Shown here: one piece after another, positions 55,989 through 64,000 of the stretch
How positions within the stretch are numbered: position 1 is the stretch's first letter
Layout of the letters: each line of letters starts with the position of its first letter
NCBI RefSeq assembly: GCF_038025025.1
Contig: NW_027117346.1
Span: forward strand, 310,001 to 374,000
DNA: 64,000 bases
Origin: Phyllosticta citribraziliensis
Lineage: Eukaryota
Direction of reading: 5' to 3'
The notes under the pieces: model-generated
Databases searched by the model: none
Told to the model about the DNA's origin: nothing
What the model saw: the letters and a program-made list of their open reading frames with translations, nothing else
Made by a program: the position numbers and the translations under genes

Positions 55989-58154
55989 TATTACGCGCCG
56001 CGGCGCGTATAGCTTATATTTCTTAGTATCTAGCGTTCAGCGTTTGCTTCTTCTATATGCGCTAGCTACTTCTAGTTAGCTTAAGAGTAGATAGTTATTC
56101 TATATAGGATATATAATAACTACTCTTACTCCTTACCTATTAATTATTAGTAGTCTATATTAATTTACTCTACTAGGTGCTATAATACTATTAATAGGTT
56201 AACTTACTACTTATAAGAGGATAAGACTTATTATCTATCCCTTATTAATAAGTTTTCTTACTTTAATTATGCCCTATAAGGTATTAGGTTAAAACACTAT
56301 AGTTTTAGATATACTAGAAGTACTAGGTATTATTATTTTTATAGTCTATAGCCTTAGGTAAGGTATATAATTAAGATTCTAGACTAAGATAGTCCTATTA
56401 GTAATAGAGATATAATATCTTATCGCGTTATATAGTTAATAACCTATATAATAGCTAAGAGTAGCTAGTCTACTAATAGTACCATACTATTAGCTACTCC
56501 TTAGATAATACTAATAGCTAGCCAGCTATCTTTAACTACTAGCCTATTATCTAGCTAACCTATTACCTCTTAGGGTAATAATAATAATAAATAACCTACT
56601 ACTACTATACTAATAATAATATAGCTCTAGGAGTAGATCCTAGGGCTTATATAGGTAATTTAGGATAGGGGTAATATACTAGGCTAAGAGGTCTAGTACT
56701 AATTTACTAATCCTAAGTACTAGTCTAGTAATAGCATACTAGATAACTACTATATTTAGTATAGTAGTATTAAGGATAAGCTGCTCTTTAATAGCTAGTT
56801 TTAGGGTAATATAGACTAAGCTATATATATCTACTCTTATCTAGCTAGTAAGGCCGCTTCAGCCGTCATTACTATTAATAATAATAATAGTAAGGATGAA
56901 TCTAATAACCCTAATACCCTCTAGGTCTTATTAGACAGCTTATATAGTATTTTAGACTAGTAAAGCCATACTATTACCTAGCTTATTACTATAGATTATA
57001 TCTCTAGCTCTAGGGCGGCTTTTAAGATATTATTATATATATTCTATTTATTAGCTCACCGCACTAGCTAGGATAGCTATATATCTAAGGATTAGTTAAT
57101 CTATAAGCTCTATAGACTACTCTATAATATTACTATTACTAATATTATAAAGGGATATATAGAGCTTTTAGATATCTTAGGCCAGGCTATTAATATTAGC
57201 TAGGCTTATAAGTATAAGATAGTACTAATACTATAGATAACCCTCTACTATAAGGGTATCCTCTATATAGCTATACTAGCTAGGCCCTCTTACTAGACTA
57301 CTCCTACTACTAAAGATACTACTAGTAGTATTAAATAGGAGTATTCTAGTATACTAGATAATTATAGCTATTAGTATTATAGTAGCCTAGGGTACTAAAT
57401 TAAGGACTGCCCTTATAGTAAACCTATATATTATTAGCTAATTTATACCTATATAGCTACTAGTATAGAGAAGGTTACTAAAGAGTTTATAGATATAGTT
57501 AAGGATAATCTAGGTATTATTATTATTAGTAGAGGTAATATTATAGATTTAGATAAGATATTAGGAAATAAGTAGCCTCCTATAAAACTACTATAGAAGG
57601 TAATACCTATAAGATAGCTATTAGTTATTTAATATAATTAGGGAATAGAGCTTCTAGTCCTTCTTATTACTCTTATACTATATATATCTATATATATTCT
57701 AATATACTACTATAGCCTATCTATATCCTTATTAACTCTAGCTATATTAGTAGCCTATATATAAGCTAGTCCCTTAAGAGTAAACTTATTACTACTAGTA
57801 CTTAGAAGTAATAGTTATATAAGCCCTAGATAATTAGTAACTATATTTATAGCTAGACCTAATATCTTACCTATTAGCTTATTACTAGGTTATTATTTAG
57901 CTTAGAATATAGGGAGGATTCTATATTTTTTAATCTATAGGCTTCTATAATAATTACCTAGATTAGTCCTTTATATAATTTATTTATTAGCTTAGAGTAT
58001 ATATACTAGTTTAGTTTTATACTAAATCTAGGCTATATATAGTTAAAGATTAGTAGAGTAAAGTTAGATAGATCATATTAGTATAGTACTAATTTAAGAG
58101 ATAATTTTCTAGCTAAATCCTAGGATATTTTAGTTTAGCCTCAGGTAGCCTCTA
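54976..58154. repeat. Inverted repeat with ~1.0-kb arms (54976-55990 and 57140-58154) and a ~1.15-kb spacer
   Basis: The reverse complement of 55921-55990 matches 57140-57209, and that of 54977-55060 matches ~58070-58153. Intervening segments I checked are also colinear. Confidence 0.92.
55989..58152 (+). mobile_element. Ty3/Gypsy element B (same family as A, opposite orientation): 5' LTR 55989-56187, gag ~56270-57575, protease; cut at 58152 by element C
   Basis: CX2CX4HX4C knuckle relic TAT TAG TAT TAT AGT AGC CTA GGG TAC TAA ATT AAG GAC TGC (57369-57410). Gag end TTA GGA AAT AAG TAG (= S-G-N-E-stop). Protease (V)DSG relic at 57731-57742. Confidence 0.88.
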
Positions 58155-58459
58155 TAACAATCTAACTAGATATTTATAGTACTAATTTAGGTGTAAGAGT
58201 TATCCCATTACTTAGGCTATCTATATAGCTAAAGTACCTATCCCCTATAACTACTAAGCTTGCTAAGCTTACCCTTAGCATCTAATAGCTACTCTAGATC
58301 CCTATAGGATCTACTACTATAGGTAGTAGCTAAAGTAGTTTATAGGCACCCTTATCTATATTTACTATCTAGTCCTAATCTATACTCCTAAATCTATAGA
58401 CCTAATCTATATAGTAATTATAACTATTACTAAAGGAAAAGAAAAGGGGAAAGCTTTAC

Positions 58460-61097
58460 TTATTATTATTATCTATTACTATCTACTCTAGAGTCTTAAT
58501 CTATCTATCTCTATTCCTAAGAGGTAGGAGCCTATAGCCTTAATATCCTACTTTACCCTAACTATAGCTATTACCTTATTATCCTAGGATTACTTACTAC
58601 TTAAGTACTTAGATTCTAATTAGTTATTAATATTAATTACTCTATTACTCTTAGTTTATCTATATATCTTATATACTATATTATAGATAGCCTTATATAT
58701 AGTACTATCCTTTTTATAGGTAGTACTATTAGTATTAGACTTATCTTCTTTATTAAGTAGATTAGTTAGGGCTAATATCTTATCCTTAAGGTTAATAACC
58801 TCCTTATTATCTATTATACTAAGATAATTAGTAATTCTATATTATTTAGGACTTAGCTTATTAAAGTCTAGTTTAATTCTTATAGTTTACTTCTTCTTAA
58901 GCTTAATTATAATTATAGGGTTCTTAGGATCCTTATTCTTAGGATCCTTATTATTAGGACCCTTATTATTAATAGTTTTTAAGCTATATTAGGGTTTACT
59001 AACTATACTATTTCTAGGTATACTAATAAATATACCCTAGTATTATAGTATTAGTATTATAATACTAGATTTACTAGGTATTAGGGTAGATAGGGAGCTA
59101 GGATAAAAGTATAGATTAGGGTTAATAATCTTATTAGGATTAATTATATTAAAGATATTATTACTAGGATTAGTAGTAGGATATAAGGGAGAGTACTTCT
59201 ATAATCTAAATATAAGTAGGATTTTATAGTATTAGTAGTCTAGTTAATTCTATACCTCTACTATATAGTATTTCTTCTCTTATTCTATAGTATCCTTCCT
59301 TATCTACTTTTTAGCTAGACCTTCTTTAATCTAGGCCCTAAATAAGTTTACTAGGTGGTACTAGGGGCCTATAGGTATATAATTATAGTTATAGAGTATT
59401 AGATTATACTAGATATCTATAATATTCTACTTAGTATAGAAATCTCTAGATAGGGTAGTATATAATATAGACCTAGCTATCTTTTATAGTAATTTAATCT
59501 TAGTTAATAACTAGGTAGTAAAACTATAATATAGGAGAGTATAGTTATTAAGTAGTACTAGGATTATATAAGATAGTAGGCCTAGTATCTAGTAAGTCTA
59601 TAATTTAATTAGGTTTAATAGTAGGTTACCTATACTATCTAAAGTCTAGAAATACTTATTAAAGGGATAGGTATATTCTAGACCTATATATTAGAATATT
59701 ATATAGACCTCTTCTATCTAGAGATAATTATAAGGTAGGATACTATAGTATATTATAGTATATAATATTATTAGATTCTTAAACTAAAATAGGTCTTCTT
59801 TTATTTATCTATAGTATATACTACTAGCTATAATAATATTACTTCCTTTAAAGTATCCTTCTTATAGGGATTATTTATTTTCTACTTTAGATAGTAGAGT
59901 AATAATTAGCTTAACCTTATTAATATAGCTAGTAGTAATAGGTAGTATTTTAGTAACTTCCTATTTATAACCCTTCTTAATAATAAAAGGTAGAGGTAGC
60001 CCTATAATATTATAGTTATAGATAGCCTAGTATATAGCTTAAAAAGCCTTATTAGATATATTAATCTAGGAATTAGTATTATTAAAGGTATAGAAACCCT
60101 AGAGGAGTATTATAATATTAGATTTATAGAGTTTAACTATATTATTATCCTTAACTTTATACTAGAGAATATAAATAGTATCCTAATTAGTCTTTATAAT
60201 CTAATAGCTATTATTAAAGGTAAGTAGGGCTATATACTAGTATAGGATATTAAAATAGTACTAGTACTATAAGTAGGTATATACTTTAAAGTAGAGGCCT
60301 AGGACCTAGACTAGCTTAACTAAGGTAAAATACTCTTTATTAAGGGTAAAGTAGTCTAGAACCTTCTTATCCTAAATAATAATAAGTACTACCCTACTAC
60401 TAAAAGATATATTCCTCTATTTATTAGCTTAATAGCTTTAAATATATTCCTTATTTAGGTCCTTACTAGGATCCTTAGCTATAATAGTAGTATATATCTT
60501 ATCTCCTTTTAGTATCTTATACTTATAGATCCTAGTATAATAGAAGGTATTACTAATCTTTACTATAAAAGCTCTATTATAGAACTTATAGTAGGGATTT
60601 AGTAAGCCCTCTATATAGGTATAAATATAATACTTACTAATATTTATAAGCTAGAGGTTATTAGCTATTAATTATCCTACTAGTAAGTAGAGCTATCCCT
60701 CTATATATAATAATAAGTTATATCTATAGGGTAGAAGACTATAGGTATATATAATTATAGTCTAAATACTATTAAAAAGTACTATAGAATCTATAGTAGC
60801 TAGATTAATAATTTTTATTAATTTACTATCTTCTTCTTTACTATAGGAGCTCTTTACTAATAGATAGATAAATATAGATATTAGAGTCTTATCCTTAAAT
60901 AGAAAGGATATTATCTCTTTATCTAGAGATATATTAATATTAAGGTTAGGATCCTAGTTATATATATTAGTTACTAAATATTTACCTTTACTAGGTTTAT
61001 ATTTTATAATAGTAGTAATACTATAAGCCTTAGATTTATATTTTACTTAAGCTATAATCCTAGTAGACTACCTTAGTATAAGCTAGCCTAAGGGTAT
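58460..61097 (-). pseudogene. RIP-degraded extra ORF (~870 codons) of unknown function between pol and the 3' LTR of element C
   Basis: One frame holds from 61097 to ~58480 with about 55 stops by manual count (~6% of codons), all TAA/TAG. The other frames I sampled are more stop-rich. In-frame 15-bp repeats lie at 58921-58970. Confidence 0.7.
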
Positions 61098-61127
61098 AAT
61101 AGTTAGTAAGTATATTAAGTTAAGATA

Positions 61128-61195
61128 TAATAGATATTAAAAGGGTAAGGGTATAATAATAGATATTAAAAAGGTAAGGGTATAGTAATAGATAA
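61128..61195. repeat. 29-bp tandem repeat (~2.3 copies) just upstream of the extra ORF
   Basis: TAATAGATATTAAAAGGGTAAGGGTATAA (61128-61156), TAATAGATATTAAAAAGGTAAGGGTATAG (61157-61185), and a partial third copy. Confidence 0.85.
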
Positions 61196-64000
61196 TTATA
61201 GTTTAGGCCTTAGGTATCTAGATAATATAATTATACCTACTAGTATCTCTATATCCTAGCCTAAAAATAAAGGGAAAATAATAAAGAAAGATAAAGAGAA
61301 TTCTTTATAACCTCCTCTATATTATATCCTCTTCCTTAATAAATAAAATTCTTTAGAATAATCTCCTTATTATATTTTTATTACCTTTACTAGAATCTAT
61401 ATCTTTATCTACTCTTACTAGCTTTAGGCTAGTATAAAGAAAATATCCCTAGATATATATATAAGGAAGATAATATAGGATAATAATAAAGAAAGAGCAC
61501 CTATTTAGGTATAGTATAGAATTACTATATAAGGACTCCTAGTATAGTAACCCCTATACTTATTATACTAATAGGCTATATTACCCTTATTAATAATATT
61601 ATTATAGGCTTATAAGGGGTCCTTATCTACTATATTCCCTATAAGTTCCTAGATACTAGGAGACTCCTCTAATACTAGAATACTAATAGTTATATTAGTA
61701 GAACCCTAGAGATACCTAGTAGGGGTATATTACTTAATTATATAGATTTCTATATTAATCCTTAAATTATACTCCTTAACTAGGTCTTAGGTATTATAAA
61801 GGTTCTCTAGATTTATCTACTAGTAGTATTTAGCTCCTTATCCTTATTAATTAACTAAGTATTAGATCTTCTTTAAGTAGGGATTATAATACTATAATAA
61901 TAGTATTTAGATCTTATATTTTAGAACTATCTTATCTTTAGTTATAACCTCTAAAGGTCCTAGTAGTAGAATATCCTAGCTATAAAGGTCTACTCCTAGA
62001 GTAGTATAAGGCTCTAGCTATATAATACTAACTACTAGATAGATTTTTATATTATTAGGGAGCTTAAGCTTATATACTAGCTTAAATCTAGTATAGGCCT
62101 TAATATAGAAAGGTCTAATAAACTGGTAGGTGAATTTCTTACTAATATTTCTATATATATAGTATCTATAATGTAGATAGAGTCTTACCTATAATCTAAC
62201 TAGAAGGTAGATAAGCTTATACCTTTAGTTATATATATACTTATAGGAAGTATTTATAAAAGTAATACCTTTATAAGCTTAGTCCTAGAAATAAGCTCTT
62301 ATAACCCCTAGTTTAGTATCTAGTAGCTCCTACTAGATTATTATTATTAGGTTAACTTATAGCTAGAATCTAAGGTATATCTTATCTAGAGTCTAGCCTG
62401 TTACTATATTAGGGGAAGAGTTTATTATAGCCTAAATTATAGGAAGGGTATTAGTCTACTATAGCTTAGTATTTACTATAATAAAGTAGTATAAGGTAAT
62501 TTTAACTATTTAATTTATCTACTTACTCTAGCTATTTATCTAGGGATGGTATACTATGCTGGCTATAAAGTTAATCCTAAGATACTTAAAAATACTATCT
62601 ATAAAGTTAGAGAGCTAATAGCTATCCCTATCTAAAATTATAACTAAAGGGAGTCCCTAGCTAAGTACTAGGATGGTTTTAATAAAAATACCTCCCTATT
62701 TACTAGCTATCTAGGTCTCCTATCTAGGGACTAAGGCTATATACTTAGTAAATTTATAGGTAACTATTAATAGTATATTAAATACCTCTATAGTAGGGGG
62801 TATCCTAGTAATAAAATCTGCTATAATAGTATAGAAAGGTAATTTTAGGCTAATAATTAGGTATAGAGATCTATATAGCTTATACCTAGGAGTCCTATTC
62901 TATTTATAATCTAGATAGTTATAGATATATTTAGATAATTATAAGTTTAAGTTATAGATAAAGTAAGCTAGATAGATATAGCTAAGTACCCTATTAATCC
63001 CCTAGTAGCTATACTTATTATAGGCCATCTTAAAGATATCCTTCTTATAACTTAGTAGGATATATAGGTACTCTTATTTATTAACTTAATCTTAAAAGTA
63101 TACTAGGCCATTATAGATAAAGAACTATAGACTACTAGAAGGAGCCTCTACTAGGATATAGTTCTCTAGAGGTATATTATCCTAGTTAGCCTACTACTCC
63201 TATTTAACTATTATAACTATCCTAGACTACTTTTAGTCTTTAGTATAGCTAGTATAGATCTTAGCCTTAAAGGTATTAGAAAGTTCTACTAAGGTAACTT
63301 AGAATATAAAGGTTTAGTTATCTTCTAGAACTATATAGTTATTATTAGAGGATAGATATTCCTTAGTATCTAGATAGCTAAGTATATCTAGGATAATATA
63401 GTTTTACCTAGCCCTATAGTATAGCTCTAAGTAGAACTAGCTTAGGAACTAGGATCCTTATATAAGCTTTATATTTAGGTATTTTATAGAATCTATACTT
63501 AGGAAATAAGTCTAGGTAGTAATAGCTATAAGAGCTAAGTAGTCTATAAAAATAATTATATACTTTATAGATTCTATATAGAGATAAAGCTTATAGATAG
63601 CCTAGACTATTCTAGCTATCTTAAGCTTAGTAGGCTAGTATCTAGATTCTATACCCTTTACTTATTTAGATAGGAAGATGATTAGCTATACTAATATCTT
63701 AGGAAAATATTTAGTATACTTAAGCTATTTAATTAATAGATCCTAGACTAAGCCTAGTCCTACCTAGATACTATCTAGTTACTTAATAGCCTAAGTATAT
63801 AGGGCTTATCTATCCTATACTACTAGTACCTAAGGCTCTATTTTAGGCTTAGGATCCCTAATAATATAGTAGGCTATTACTCCTATACTATATTCCTTAC
63901 TTATATTAATATTAATATATAATAGTCTCTCTAGGTTATAATATACTAGCTAATCTATATTATATAGAGTCTCTTTAATTACTTTAAAAGTATCTAGCTA

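Larger units (their letters stand above)
50691..64000. repeat. AT-rich, RIP-mutated transposon block (likely heterochromatic)
   Basis: Abrupt fall in GC near 50,700. CpA/TpG and CpG are nearly absent and TpA is very frequent. No ORF of 60 aa or more in the track. Stops in the relic frames are TAA/TAG, derivable from CAA/CAG/CGA/TGG. Confidence 0.97.
58153..64000 (-). mobile_element. Ty3/Gypsy chromovirus, element C (different lineage), RIP-inactivated and running off the window: putative 3' LTR ~58153-58422, extra ORF, pol ~61505->64000
   Basis: De-RIP gives RNase H LYIDVDASKE.G.GA..YH and AESRYWPTELE.AG.VW (~63530-63950), integrase AHD..GH.G...C..C and [26 protein letters not shown] (~62480-63030), GPF...AY.L.LP...KIHPVVSV.QLEP, and chromodomain YLV.W.G.G.E...W...ENL..A.DLV.EY (~61770-61920). 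The inner LTR boundary is uncertain. Confidence 0.88.

Noticed and set aside
58153..58685. Alternative 533-bp LTR for element C ending at TATTATA (58679-58685)
   Set aside because: The extra-ORF frame reads through this point to ~58480, so the shorter ~58153-58422 LTR is preferred. The second LTR is needed to settle it.
61141..61181. AAGGGTAAGGGT resembling telomeric repeats
   Set aside because: It is TAAGGG rather than TTAGGG, only two units long, and part of a 29-bp tandem repeat inside a retroelement.
50691..64000. AT-rich block as mitochondrial DNA, contamination, a CRISPR array or a Starship
   Set aside because: The dinucleotide bias and de-RIP translation show Ty3/Gypsy gag-pol relics. 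I saw no mitochondrial genes, no repeat-spacer array and no tyrosine-recombinase captain.

Overview
This is genomic DNA of a filamentous ascomycete (Pezizomycotina; short GT-AG introns with CTRAC branch sites, and repeats mutated by repeat-induced point mutation, RIP). It has two sharply different compartments. Bases 1-~50,690 are GC-balanced and gene-dense. In order they hold PMA1 (5'-truncated), an aldo-keto reductase, RPC2 and BRF1 tail-to-tail, a lone cytochrome P450, a PHD-finger protein, a family III CoA-transferase and a DUR3-type urea/solute symporter with unusually long introns. Next come a ricin-B-like single-pass membrane protein, a GCIP-family protein, a GPI-type CFEM protein, an unknown ORF, and NAN1/UTP17 head-to-head with RPB10. 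The compartment ends with a HET / TOM6 / HET-6-like trio and a DAO-family FAD oxidoreductase. Bases ~50,691-64,000 are extremely AT-rich with CpA/TpG almost absent. Manual de-RIP reading resolves this block into nested Ty3/Gypsy chromoviruses. Element A (-) is interrupted by a same-family copy B (+), which makes a ~1 kb inverted repeat. B is in turn interrupted by a different-lineage element C (-). The most unusual signal is in C: a RIP-degraded ~870-codon extra ORF between the chromodomain-ending pol and the putative 3' LTR (the env position), with a basic N-terminus, an acidic C-terminus and no domain I recognise. All exon boundaries and de-RIP translations were done by eye; no database searches were run.
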